Source: Chiloscyllium plagiosum
Lineage: Eukaryota
DNA length: 64,000 bases
Direction of reading: 5' to 3'
NCBI RefSeq assembly: GCF_004010195.1
Contig: NC_057728.1
Coordinates: forward strand, 47,349,305 to 47,413,304
The notes under the pieces were generated by a model that worked only from the letters and a program-made list of their open reading frames with translations, had not been told where the DNA came from and did no database searches. This document shows positions 27,489 to 41,186 of the stretch, piece by piece; position 1 is the first letter of the stretch; every line of letters begins with the position of its first letter. The position numbers and the translations under genes were made by a program.

Positions 27489-27773
27489 GCTCCAGGGTCC
27501 CTGGTTCAATTCCAGCCTCGGTTGACTGTCTGTGTGGGGTTTGCACATTCTCCCTGTGCCTGCGTGGGTTTCCTCCGGGTGCTCCAGTTTCCTCCCACAA
27601 TCCAAAGATATGCAGGTTAGGTGAATAGGCCATGCTTAAATTGTCAATTACGTGATTAGTCAGAGGGAAAAGGGGTTTGGGTGGGTTACTCTTTGGAGGG
27701 TTGGTGTGGACCTGTTGGGCCGAAGACCCTGTTTTCACACTGTACGGAATCTAATCTAAAAGATGTAATCTAA
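27489..27773 (+). mobile_element. HE1-type SINE (5'-truncated)
   Basis: B box GGTTCAATTCC, V-domain and (AATCT)n tail. Confidence 0.88.
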
Positions 27774-28154
27774 ACCTGAGGCATTTTTGTTCATCTATCT
27801 TCCCTCATACTTCAGTTGCATGTAGCTCCATTGTTGACCTGGGTTCCAAATGAGTGAAATGAATTTGATCCCATATTCCAGAATAGTGGTGACCCTTCGT
27901 AGGGTCGCAATAATACAAGAGAGATGGCACTGGAATGGAAGCAGGACCACGATGCAAAACAGGAGAAATTCAAACCCACACAATTCAACATTGATAAATG
28001 AAAGCCATGCTACCTCAATGGATACAGCTGAACTGGTAATAAACCTTGGTCTTCAGAAATTGAGAATAATGGGCTGGGATGGTGTGGGCTCTACACCCTG
28101 GAATGTTTGGTGAACTACTCGATCATACCCATTCCAAATCAATAGGGAACTTAC

Positions 28155-28281
28155 AGTGGCTAACTTGTGAACATCTTCATCTGTCGCAGCGAGAGAGACG
28201 AGACCAAGCTCCTGCGAAAACTCTGCAAAACTTGGTTCTGCCAGAAGAGGCACATGTCCAAGCAGCTCATGACATGTATCA
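28155..28281 (-). CDS. TPH2: TPH2 exon 8 ([42 protein letters not shown])
   Basis: Iron-binding HELLGH motif. Acceptor tttttcAG, donor GTAAGT; 127 nt. Confidence 0.97.
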
Positions 28282-30391
28282 CTGAAAAATACATGTTGAA
28301 AAGAGGAATATTTTGAAAAGGTATATGGTAATGTGTAATAGCTAAATTTTTATATCTAGGCTTCACCAGGTACATGTAAACACAAATACATAAACATATC
28401 AAGAAAAAATTGCTCGATTACAGTTTTATAAATGTAACACCATTAATTTATGTTAGCTTTATTCCCTACACAATATTTTTAAGATGGAGACAGCTAGAAG
28501 GCACAGCAGCTTAAAATATTGCCCCTTTGGTTCTGAAAATTGTTTAGTGTTTTTCACATCTGCAAAGCATGTACTACCTAACAATATTGGATATACATAT
28601 GAAGAAAATCTCATTTCAAAATTCAAATCAGACCCCTGAGCGAAGGTCAGGTGACCAACACGGTGGTACAATGGCATAATGCTAGCAATAAGGAAACTCA
28701 TTCAAACATAGATAAACAAATCAGTGAAGTGAACAGCAAAAAAAAAACAAAGAAAGCAACTATTGGAAGATGACCAAGCATTTCATATTGCCAACTCACA
28801 CATCACGTCAGTGCTATGAGACAAGGAGCTTTTTTGATCATCAATATTGTGTCCCCTCTGTGCAGTCTGAAACTATGCTAGCACCAACAAATTTGCTGCT
28901 ACGCATTCTAAAAAACATTTGCTCCAACAAATGGCAGTCCATGATATAACCAACAAAAGACTATATCACACCATATAACAAATCATCAATTCTGTGCAGT
29001 GGTACAATCACAATGCAAAGACAGTATGCAGGAAGCGAGCTGCGTACCATTAACAGACTGAAAGAGTTTATGCAGAAATCCTGAAATAGCACCTTTCTCA
29101 GACTGCACACTTGCACTTCAGAGAATACAGTCCCTGCAAATGCTGCTCAATGCATGGATCCACTTTCTACTATCTATAGATATTTTCTGCTCAACCTGTT
29201 CAGAGATTTTACGTTGAACATCTAGAGCAGGTGTGACTTGGTCAGTGGCCACCTCATCCAGAGGATTGGGCACCATCACTGCATCACAACAGCCCCTCAG
29301 TTTTACACCCTGTAAAACAGGTTAGATTATTAGATTCGGGTCCTCTGTAATCAAGAATGGCCGGGACAGGCAGACTCCTTTGTATCTTTGGAGACCAATT
29401 GGTGTGTCTGTGCTCACAGGCAGAGGCATCCAACTAGGGCTTGCTGCTGAGGAATAAACCGAAGGAATAAACATAAATCTATCACTCCAGCTCACTCTTT
29501 AAAACCTCCCAGAGGCTTAGTTCGACAATGAATTCCTTAGAAATTGATAGAGATGTGAAGTGCACAGCAGCTGCTTACCCCCTTGATCAAGTGGGTCTTA
29601 ATATTAAAAGAATCTAAAGTAGGGATAAAATTATCAAACAGACTATGTATTTATTTTATCATAAATATAGGATTATGTTGTTCTTTTACATTACACCAAT
29701 GTGCATTTACATTACTATTGCAGTGCCTGGTATAACATGATCTCTGCTGCATCTATCAGTTATAAATCCAACCTCAGGACATAACCTAACTCCAGAGTGA
29801 AGAAAGCAGAGTGAAAATCTTTGAAGGAGGGATCTGTACTGCAAATCTCCCCATTGTGGGAAGTTAAAACACTTTTTTAATCCACCCTCCAATTGCAACC
29901 GATTATTTAATATTGGTCCATGATTCAGGAATGCAGCTGCAAATCAGATGATCTAGGTCTCTAAGGCAAGACAGATATTTCTGTGCCTCCAATGGGGAGT
30001 CGTTTCCTTCACGAATATAGTCTTTGAAGGCAATGTAATAAGCAGCAGAATCTGTTCAGCTCTCTACATAATGTGGAACAGCGACCTTAAAAAAATGCCA
30101 CTTCAGCATATACAGGAACGGCCTCGGGACATTAGATAAGAACTCAAAGTTAAAGTTACAGACGAATGTGGGTTCTAAAATTCCATACGCATGTTAAATT
30201 AGAATCAGATTATCGAATACTTAATAGTTATAACATTAATGATGCATTGCAGTAACATTTATAGTCTAACACATACATTCACTGAAATATGATGGAAAAG
30301 TATTAATTCATAAAATAGCCACTAATTAAATCGCAAGCAAGTTTTAGAATGATCGAAGAAAAAGGCTCGAACCTGGCAAACAGAAACTTAC

Positions 30392-30527
30392 GGTTCTGGT
30401 GTGTAAAAGGGATCCGAACTGTGACGCACATACTGAGTGCAATGGAAAACCCGAAAAGCCAAGCCAGCTAAAAAATCCCTTGGGGACAAATAACCAGCTA
30501 CAGGTCGGACCACAAAGCCTGATCGTT
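30392..30527 (-). CDS. TPH2: TPH2 exon 7 ([44 protein letters not shown])
   Basis: TPH-type GYLSPRDFL (Tyr where PAH/TH have Leu). Acceptor gtttcAG, donor GTAAGT; 136 nt. Confidence 0.97.
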
Positions 30528-30632
30528 CTGAAACATGAAGCAAACGCATTTCAACTCGAATTCACTCCATAAATAGAGAGGAGGGGAGGGGAAGGACAAA
30601 TTTCAGAGTGCAATAGTCGTAATCTCAAATAC

Positions 30633-30829
30633 CTTTCAAAAATACTGAGACGTCTTCCAGTTGGGGGATATTGTCCTCTCTGTAGCCACAGTGCTTTGTC
30701 AGAAGAGGAAAGTTTTTAAGATATTCTCGGCATGCGTGAGTTGGATAAAGTTTTGTGAGCTCTCGGAACACCGTTCCCCAAGTCTTAATTTCTTCCTCTG
30801 TGTACTCCACTCTGGGAATGGGTTGGCCA
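30633..30829 (-). CDS. TPH2: TPH2 exon 6 ([18 protein letters not shown]...[12 protein letters not shown])
   Basis: Aromatic amino acid hydroxylase catalytic domain. Acceptor ctctctAG, donor GTATTT; 197 nt. Confidence 0.97.
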
Positions 30830-32765
30830 CTAGAGAGCAGCAGCAGGTCACGTTATTGAACAATGAGATTAATTGCTGCTGCAATCTTTCACCATCTGGT
30901 TATGGAGAATATTAAGTTTTTTTTTTAACACAGTCAACTGATTGTTAAATATTTTTGTGGTGACCCACATCTTAATTGGCTGGGAAGTCAGTTCTCTACA
31001 GGCTTAAATACTACAGGAATAAAGTCAGTCTTCAAAAAGGTTGCACCATCCTGAAACCATTAAACTAACTGATAAACTTCAATTCTTTCAAACAATAGGA
31101 TACAGAAAACAAAACTGAAGTATGAAAATGATGGAAAATTCTGAAAAAAAAGCATAACAAATCTTATCTGAAAAAGAATGTGAACATTACAATTCTGTGG
31201 TATATAGTACTGGGATTTATGTACTGTTCACTTGGTTTAGAGAGAGATCTTGGACACAATACTAGACACCTGTATTTGATAACCTACTGTGCACAGATGT
31301 AACTAAAGGAGTGTCACTGGGTAAGCAGAGTTAGAGAACCTTACTTAATAAGAAGGAACAGATAGTGTCAGGGGACAGTGTATGTGCAGACACTCAGTCC
31401 AGAGAGACTCCACAACTAAAGACTAATGACTTTCAACTTACTAATAACAGAGAGAAGCAAGGAAAATCCAAGGATCTCATTGGGTAAAATGTAGGGTGTT
31501 GAAGCAACCCTTTGAGATCAGTCAACATGGCCTTCAAATCTGCCCAGATAGGATGCACAAAATTAAACTCTATGCTTCACAATGTTCTTATCATAGAGGC
31601 CACGTACTTGAATTCTATAGGGAGAAGTTGAAAATTGTGAAGAGATGGAGCAAGAACAGTAGGAGGAACAGTATACAGTACAACATTCTGGATGAGCCAT
31701 TGGAGTCAGTGGGGACGTGTGTTGAGACCTCAACAGCCAAGACTTTCTCTATTGGATGTTTGTAATTTCAACAGGAGCTATTTATAAAGACAGAAATGTT
31801 GTTTGCATAACCCATAGTTCTTTGTATATTTATATATGATTTACTTTTGGACAACTAACTAAATGTGTTTAGACTTTAACATTGATGTAGTGTGGAAAAT
31901 GGTTACATTAGGAAATTAAAATGAATCCCATTTTTCAGGAGAGATCTGAGGAAGCATATCTACATACAACAGGTGGTAGAGGTTTGGAACTCTATTCAAC
32001 ATATGGCAATTGGTGCTCAAATCAATTGTGAATTTTAAATTGGAGATATATAATGTTTTGTTAAGCAAAGAGATCAAGGAATATCAGCCAAAGACAGCTA
32101 TTTGGAGTCAGGCCATAAATCAGCCACAATATTATTGAAAGGTTGGACAGGCTCAAGGGACTGAATGGCCTACTCCTCTTGCTATGCTCCCTCCTGGTAG
32201 AATAAGGCAATCCATTTGCCTTTGGTGTTTTAGTTGTTATGTTCCTAGCAAAGATTTCCCTGCATACTTAGTGTTTTTGCACAGATCTTTCATTCTGATA
32301 TATTCCATACTCTTCATTCCATATATATCCTGTGTTGTTGCATCAACAGCCTCCAAATTTTAGTGCTGTTCTCCCACATTCAAATGACTCTCCTATTTCT
32401 TAATTAAAGTGATTCATTATTAATTTGAGAAGTGTTAAAAGTCCATTGTCATGGATGCACAATGGCGGGAAATGTTTAATAGTCATTACAACATTTTTTA
32501 CATTGAAAACTGCAAAATTCAAAAATTGCATGTTCTTGTCATTTTATCTGTTGAGCATTGATAATGATGGAAGTGACAATTTAGTGTGTTTGTTTTTAAC
32601 AAAGAGAAAATACAAATGTAGAAATGTCACAACAGGAAGGTTCCAGGACTGGGTGACATGATCAGATTATTATAGCATATATAGTTATTTTTTTTTAATT
32701 AAATGTAGATTATTCACATCTTGTCACATAATTTGTAATGTTCTTCTTTACATGAGGAGTGCCGG

Positions 32766-33446
32766 ATGGAGTTTAATTTCAATAAATATGAGGTGCTGTA
32801 TTTTGGAAAGGCAAATCAATATATACACTTATACACTTAATGGCAAGGTCCTGGGGAGTGTTGCTGAACAGAGACCTTGGAGTGCAGCTTCATAGTTCCT
32901 TGAAAGTGGAATCGCAGGTAAATAGGATCTTGAAGAAGGCGTTTGGTATGCTTCCCTTTATTGGACAGTGCATTGAGTATAGGAGTTGGGAGAATATGTT
33001 GCAGCTGTACAGGACATTGGTTAGGCCACTTTTGGAAAACTATGTGCAGTTCTGTCCTCCCTGCTATAGGAATGATGTTGGTGAAACTTAAAAGGGTTCA
33101 GAAAGATTTACAAGGATGGTGCTAGGGTTGGAGGGTTTGAGCTATAGGGAGAGGCTGAATGGGCTGAGACTGTTTTCCCTAGAGCATCAGAAGCTGAGGG
33201 GTGACCTTATGATTTTATAAAATCATGGGAGCATGGATTAGGTGAATAGACAAGGTCTTTTCCCCAGGGTGGGGGAGTCCACAACTAAAGGGAACAGATT
33301 GAAGATGAGAGGGAAAAGATTTAAAAGGAACCTCAGGATTTAAAAGGTATCTGGTTAGGTATATAAATAGGAAGGGGTTAGAGGGATATGGGCCAAATGC
33401 TGGCAAATGGGATGAGATTTACCTAGGATATCTCTATGACTCTATG
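32766..33446 (+). mobile_element. CR1/HER1-type LINE fragment with internal deletions
   Basis: DLGVQ.HSSLKV...LYRTLVRP.LE motif plus tail. Confidence 0.88.
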
Positions 33447-34075
33447 CATTGGGGAAATCAGGTTGGACTGTCTCTCCTCGCGGAGACAGGGTTTCTGAGT
33501 ACTGGTGTTGGAATTGAAAGAGCTGCAAGGGCAGAATTATTTATTAATTTGTCATATCAAATCAGAGTTAAAATGCAGGAAATGGAGGGGTGTGCTAGCA
33601 GGCCTTGTGAACACAGATCATCCCTCTGTAATGTTCAAAATTCTTACACATTTCACGCAACAATAAAACACAAGGTAGGTAGCTTGAGATGGAAAGCAGA
33701 ATTATGTACTTGGAATTTGAGAGTCAAATGACTTTCCTTTTTTCTTCTCCGCCCCAAATCTCTGCTTACCCATTTAATAATACCAAGCATACTGCCATCT
33801 CTGCTCAGTGTCTCTTATCAACTGCAGCATAACAACTAATGCTGGAATTTCCTGAGATCAGATTTATGGAGCTTTCCTTGTAAGAAACCCATTGATCGTA
33901 GACCAATAGGACAATGTTTTTGTAGTAGACCTATGATGGTACAGCTTGTACTACATAAAATGAACTTTGAGGCAGTAATGTCTACATAAATCTGTAGCTT
34001 ATTGGAAACAAACCAAATCACAGAATGTTTATGGCAGAATCAATGAAATTCTCATTGTTACCTGGTACCACGTAC

Positions 34076-34143
34076 ATTTTGTAATTCATAGCAACATCCA
34101 CAAAGTACTTTCTTCGACTTCTGTACACATCATCTTTAAAGCC
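34076..34143 (-). CDS. TPH2: TPH2 exon 5 (GFKDDVYRSRRKYFVDVAMNYK)
   Basis: Acceptor ttctcAG, donor GTACGT; 68 nt; frame continues into exon 6. Confidence 0.96.
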
Positions 34144-35386
34144 CTGAGAACAGAGGGAGATTAAGGCTGCCAGGTAGCAAACCTGAACTGCTTTGCACTG
34201 ACACTGCTATTAAAGTCTAAATGCAATCTAAGACAAAGGCACTTTAAAAGGTTGTTACGCAACATTGAATTGTTATCAGAACAGACAGTATGCCCATGCT
34301 AAAGAAAACAAGGTGCAAACTTATAATACACATTGAAAACTGTGACAGCAGCACTTTTAATTGCACATGCATTAACTGCTTCATCGAGGAAGCCCAGATC
34401 ACACAGAGTTCAGCAATGTAGAAACAGAAAACAGAAGTATTGCAGCTTTAAATTTTTAAGCTTCCCTTCCCTCTGCAACATGAGTGAGTCAGGGATTTTT
34501 TTTAACAACGAGTAATGTCATGGTCACTACTTTGGAGAGTAGCTTTATATTCAGATTTAATTATGTATTTAATTAATATCTATATTATAATCCATGTCCC
34601 AGAGCGTGGCCCCTGGATTATCTTTTCCAGTGATATTCTGACTATTTCAATGCCTCCCTTATATTAACTAGCAGGATTCACCTGGAAAGGGAGGCAAGGC
34701 CTCTGAATCTAAACATTTTCAGGGCAATTTGTCCTGGTCATAGCTAAAGAATTTTCTTTGTTGAAAAAGCTCACTTTTATATCTGAATGCAATTGGACCG
34801 AGACTGTCAAAGTCAGTATTTATTGTCCAACCCTAACTGGCCTTAACTAGTTTGTGGTGACAACTGAGAGATTTGTTAGGCCATCTGAGAGGGCAGTTAA
34901 GTATCTGCTACGTTGTCATAGGTCTGGAGTCACACTTAGACCCAGCTAGGACAGCAATTTCCTTCCCTAAAATACATCAGTTGGATTTGATTATTTCATG
35001 GGCGCCAATATGGTGTTGATTTTTGTGTTCCAAATTTATTTAATCGGTAAAATTTAAGTTCTTCATCTGACATGGCAGTATTTAATTTCACATTTGACCA
35101 GGTTACTAGTCTAGGTTTCCAGATTATTAGTCCATTACAAAATCGCAATGCAGCTCATTGGAGTCAAAGTGGGGTAATTTTTTTTTTAAACGAACTGGGC
35201 TGAGCTAACTACAACAGATTAACTAGACTCATCTTGTTCATCTTTACTATTTTGGACACAATTGCATTTAATTGCACAATAGAGAACTGCATTTTAATTA
35301 GTGTTTTCACGAATGTCAGCCTGAGACTAATGGCAACTCCATTCCCCATGTTGCTGTTTAAATGTGGACTCATTTTTGGTACTCAC

Positions 35387-35487
35387 TGGGTGATCTGCAT
35401 CAAGATCTGATCCATACATCAGGACTCTTTGGGAAGTTTTATCTAGTTCAGAAATCTTTCTTGGAAACCAAGGGATGTCATCCAATT
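35387..35487 (-). CDS. TPH2: TPH2 exon 4 ([33 protein letters not shown])
   Basis: [11 protein letters not shown] and LDADHP motifs. Acceptor gtatAG, donor GTGAGT; 101 nt. Confidence 0.96.
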
Positions 35488-37448
35488 CTATACATTAAAA
35501 AGAAGTACAAACACTGATAAGCCATCAGCACATTCTATATGCTACATAAATTAGAATGAACAGAGTAGTTTTCAAAAATGAGGGTTGTCCTGAAAATCCA
35601 TGAACTAATAATTCCAAAGTAATGTTGAGGTCACAATTTTTCTACACTCCCTGGTTTGAGGTCACGGGAGGCTCTCCCCTGTGCATACTGGGCATCAGAT
35701 GCATCTCAGATACACACTTGTACCAAATAAAGTCTGAAAACGTCTAGTGATTGTGAAATTTCTGGGTAGGTTGTTATCCCTCCCTGGGACTGTTCTTACA
35801 GTCGCCTTTGTAAAGAGGTTTCCTTTACAGAGGAACAATCAATCTTTTATAGCGCACAAATTTGTTAGCATGGAATGTTCTTTCACAATATTGATTATGG
35901 TATTGTCTTGACCATAGTTACAATGTAATGTTCATATGTATCTTACGCAGGACTTGCACACTATTAGAATTTGCATAATTGTTTTATTGCCCCTGAGAAG
36001 AGCTAATAAGTAACTAGTGACTGGACAGTTTCCTCTTTTTGGATGGGCTCATTATTACATTTAGTTTATGTGAGAATATGGAGGAATTTGTCATAATGGC
36101 CACTTTAAAGTTTTGGTGAGCTGTACAAAATAAGGAATGCCTTGCAAAATAGAGGAACTGTAATTTGAACCACAATAACAGTATCAACAAGTTGCAACTA
36201 AATGGCACAATCTTAAACTTTCATATATGATGGGAACTGGAATTTACACAACAGATAAAATTAATTCATTTAGAAATGAGTCAGCAATAACAATAAATAG
36301 TCACCACAGCTGATAAGTTACCCAAAAGGCCACTTGAGTCAATATTACTGAATGGTTACACCATTTATACATGACAAACTATTTGTCAAAAAGTGATGAA
36401 CATATCAATGATGTTAGATTCTCTCTTGGTGATACTCATTACCTAGCATTTGTATGGCACTTACCACTTGTCTGCCCAAATGTGGAGACTGTCCAGGTGT
36501 TACTGCATTTGGACATAGACTGCTTCAGCATGTGAGGAGTCGTGAATGGGCTGGGCATTGTGAAAACAAAAATCAACAAACATCCCCACTTCTAACCTCC
36601 AATTTGAGGGAAAGTCATTGATGAAGTAGCTGAAGATGGTTGGGTCTAAACATTACCCTGAGGAACAACTGCAGTGATATTCTGGAACTGAAATGACTGA
36701 CAGCAACAGCCCTAATCATCATCCTTATGTCAGGAATGACTCCAATCAGAGAGTTTTCCCCTTGATTGCCATTGACTGCAACTTTACTAGGGTTCCTTCT
36801 TGCCTCATTCAACTAATGTGCCCTTCATGTCAAGGGCTGTCACTCTCACCTCTCCTCTGGAATTCAGCTGTTTTGTCCTCGTTTGAACCAAGGCTGTAAT
36901 GAGGTCAGGAACTGAGTGACCATGGAAGAACCCATCACTGAGGAAATTATTGCTGAGTCAGTGCTGCTTGATGATATCCCACTCTCATTCATGTCCACTT
37001 GATATTTCTGCACAATCATGTAACATGTTTTCCAGATGTTTTGGAGCAGAAAGATGCAATTTGAGGAAGATCTGTGAAGTGGCTTATGATCATGGTCCAC
37101 TGTTACTTTGTGACTCCCAAACAGATGCAGATTAAAATGTGCACGAGCAAGGGCACCACAAAGTACTCTTTATATATCTGGGTCTACCATGTGCAAAACA
37201 AAACCCGTGGAATAAATGCAATAGGTAGTCCTTAATGCACAAGAACTGCTCCATGACTTGTTGCACTGTGAAGGTGACTTTTCCATTGACACTGTAATAC
37301 AGCATTAGTAACTTGTCATTTCCTATTTGATTTGACTGAAGCCTATTCAGCAGTGCAATTGAATGGAGGTTCACACTGATGACAAATTAAACAAGAAGTT
37401 TGGTTAGCAGTTCGACAATCCAGCCAACTGCACTAAATTGATTCCCTC

Positions 37449-37622
37449 GAGGCTAGTACAATTACAACATTTAAAAGGCATCTGGATGGGATATGTATAG
37501 GAAAGGTTGAGGGATATGGGCCAAATGCTGGTAAACAGGGATTAGATTAGTTTAGACTATCTGGTCGGCAAGGACGAGTTGGATCAAACGGTCTGTTTCC
37601 ATGCTATGCATCTCCATGACTC
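37449..37622 (+). mobile_element. CR1/HER1-type LINE 3' end
   Basis: Same family tail. Confidence 0.8.
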
Positions 37623-38182
37623 AAAGATAAGAAGAAAATCAACAAATCATTGCAATGGTTTCAAATGATTGCTTGCTGCAGCCCTCACCTTGTCAGGATC
37701 CAGGTAAAGTCCTTCCAGTGATAGACTTACATGCTTGACTTCAGGATTTTAAGTTGCGTTCTTGTTCAGCTGGTGAGCTCTCTCCAGCAGTCATACAAGG
37801 TTCTGATTGTGGTCTGTGATAGCCTCTTCCATAATGCCTCCACACCCAGTGACCAGGGCAATAGCTTTTGATTTGAGAAGATTGCTGATTATCTCATGCT
37901 TTCTGTATTGATACTCTTCTGGAACCGTGGAAATGTCAAACAGCATGTGCAACCAATTGTACCTCCCGAATGGTGTTCAGAACGTATTTAGAAAGCTACA
38001 TTTCATCCAGCTTTACTGGTCAATAACCACCCTTATATCGTAAGAAAAGACATTGCTTTATCAAGTTGTAGTAATGCACTTCAATAATTAGCATGGGGTA
38101 TTGTTACTTCTGCAAAACTTTATTGAGATCTTTACACACTCTCAGTTTCTCAATTATTTTCTGAGTTCTATTATGCTGCAAT

Positions 38183-39537
38183 GTGTGTGGAAAATCGTGT
38201 CTCACTAACTTGATTGAGTTTTTTATAGAAGGAAGAAAGAGGATTGAAGCAGGCAGAGTGGTGGATGTGATCTATATGGACTTCAGCAAGGCATTTGAGG
38301 GGTTCCTCATGGTAGTCAGGTTAGCAAGGTTAGATCTCATGGAATACAGAGAGAACTAGCCATTTGGATACAGAACTGGTTCAAAGATAGAAGACAGAGA
38401 GTGGTCGTGGAGGATTACTCTTCAAACTGGAGGCCTGTGGCCAGTGGTATGCCACAAGGATCAATGCTGGGTCCACTGTTTTCATCATTTATATAAATGA
38501 TTGAGTGAACGTATGAGATATGGTTAGTAACTTTGCAGATGACACCAAAATTGGAGGTGCAGTAGAAAAAGAAAAAGGTTTCCTCAGAGTACAACAGGAT
38601 CTTGATCAGACAGGCCAATGGACTGAGGAGTGGGAGATGGAGTTTAATTTGAATAAATGTGGGTGCTGCATTTTGGAATGGCAAATCAGGGCAGGACTTA
38701 CATACTTAATGGTAAGAACATGGAGAGTGTTGCTGAACAAAGAGAGTGCAGGATAATAGTTCCTTGAAAATTGAATCACAGGTAGACAGAATAGTGATGA
38801 AGCATTTTGTATGCTTGCCTTTATTGGTCAGTACACTGAGTATAGGAGTTGGAACGTCATGTTGCAGTACATTGGTTTGGCCACTTGTGGAATAATGTTT
38901 GCAATTCTGGTCTCCCTCCAATAAGAAGGATGTTGTGAAACTTGAAAGGGTTCAGAAAAGATTTATGAGGATGTTGCCAGGGTTGGAGGATTTGAGCTAC
39001 AGGGAGAGGCTGAACAGGCTGGGGCTGTTTTCCCTAGAGCATCGGAGGCTGAGGGTTGACCTTATAGAGGTTTATAAAATCATGAGTGTCATAGATAGGG
39101 TGAATAGGCAACGTTTTTTTTTCCTGGGTGGGAGAGTCCAAAACTAGAAGGCATAGGTTTACGATGAGAAGGAAAAATTTAAAATGGGCCTAAGCGGAAA
39201 CTTTTTCACACAGAAGGTGGTGCGTGTATGGAATGAACTTCCATAGGAAGTGGTGGATACTGATATAAATACAACATTTAAAAGGCATATGGGTGGGTAT
39301 ATGAATAGAAAGGATTTAGAGGGATATGGGACAAATGCTGGCAAATGGGCCTAGATCTATCTCAGCTATCTGGTCAGCATGGACGAGTTGGACTGAAGGG
39401 TCTGTTTCCATGCTGTACAGCTCTATGACTCTATATGGGCCAGGAGCAGGACAAATGGAACTAATTTAGTTTGGGATTATGTTCAGCATGGATTGGTTGC
39501 ACTGAAGGGTCTGTTTCCATGCTACTCTGACTCTATA
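38183..39537 (+). mobile_element. CR1/HER1-type LINE, RT domain to 3' end, decayed, with a second short tail
   Basis: FADDTKIGG and PQGS.LGP reverse-transcriptase motifs; frameshifted. Confidence 0.92.
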
Positions 39538-41186
39538 ACTGTTACAACACAGACAGACAGTGCAACCAAATCCGCCATTTAACCTCTTATATTTGCAACA
39601 CAGTAAAAATTAAAACCTGCAAAGACCCTCAAAATTTTCCCCAATTGTTCCTAATTTTTCCTAATTGTTCCTAATTCCAATTTTTTGAATAACCAATCTT
39701 GGAGTTCACAATTAATAAATTATTGACACCTGATTGTAGTTTAGAAGACTTAGCAATTTCCTAACAATACCGTAACTTTGGCAAAATGAAATTAAATGGT
39801 TCACAATTCTTAGTTTATAGCTCCAACCAAAATTGATTTAAAAAATAATAAAATGAGGAGGTCTAACATAATCTGGACCGTCAGAGTTGTCATTTTCTTG
39901 ACTGTTCCCTTATTTTCTATATATAGCACTTCCTCTTTCAGGCCAGAGAGCAGCTGGAACTCCTCTCCAAGAATTATTTTGAATTTTCCCTTTGAGGAAC
40001 CCCAAGGACAGTGGATAAAATCCTCTTGTGTGAACCAGCCTGAGTTCAGGTGATGGCAGACAATGAAAGTCACAGTCAAAAGACTGCTTCTAGTCACAGT
40101 TGTGTTGCAAATAAAGACTTGCTCTCATTCTAAGTGGTAGACACCAGCTAGGTAGTAGTCAGACAAAAGGAAAATAGGACAACAAATGATCTTACTGTCA
40201 TCCTGAATGCTGGAATTCAATCATGGTCCAAAGGAATCAGAATGACAGAAATTAATCTATCTCCAAAACTAAGGGGTACGAAACTGGCTTTCCAACTGCC
40301 AATGTTAATGTTCCTATCATCTGCATTGCACAAACAATTCAGCAATTGATCTGCATTTTTTTTTCAATTTTATCTTATTGAACTCTTATTGGACGAGTTG
40401 GACCAAAGGGTCTGTTTCCATGCTGTACATCTCTATGACTCTATGACTTTATACCGCACACAGATTATAAATAAGGTGTATGTTATATCACTAATTCTTC
40501 ATGCATTTGGCAATGAATAAACTCACTCTTTGTAAACTCAAGAAAGCCTGACTTTCTTGGCTCTCTTTCAAGAGCAATTTGTTTTGGGAGAAAGGTATCC
40601 ACAAGGGAAGAGATCATTTTAAAATTAATTTTTTATAACCAACGTAGGAGGGGATGAAGAAAGAAGGGCAGCCAGTTTATCTCTTTTCACCTTGGACCTT
40701 AACAGATTGAGGGATCCCAATTTGTGCTCTGATGTTGAACAAACATTGTTATTATATAACATTAATGTAGAGTTCAAAACAGATTTTGAAAGCTTTCAAA
40801 GGTTCTGCTGTCTGACATTTCTACTCCCCCTTTAGATCTAGGCTGCAATTTGGCTTGTAATACTATCTCCCCAGCACTTATGGCAGATTTACAACTTTTA
40901 TACATGTTTTTGAAAAGTTAATTTTGCTATTGAGAATAGAAAAAAATCCAATTCTGTTTCACATCTTCTTTCATTTCCACAGCAGCATGGAGTGAAAATT
41001 GTGCAGCCATTCTTACTCATTGAATAGTGCAATATTGCAGACTGATGTTTGTTCATTTCTCTTTTTCAGTCATTGGCTGTTTTACAGCTCTGAAAATCTA
41101 CATATGTTCACCTGGACCTTACTTGCTGTCTTTTCCATGGAATTTGGCTCCTTTGCAGCTCTGAAAAATCGAGATTCTATAAAGGC

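Noticed and set aside
31230..31840. Possible solo LTR (similar impressions at ~22080-22560 and ~39830-40090)
   Set aside because: No clear TG...CA ends, TSD or second copy visible.
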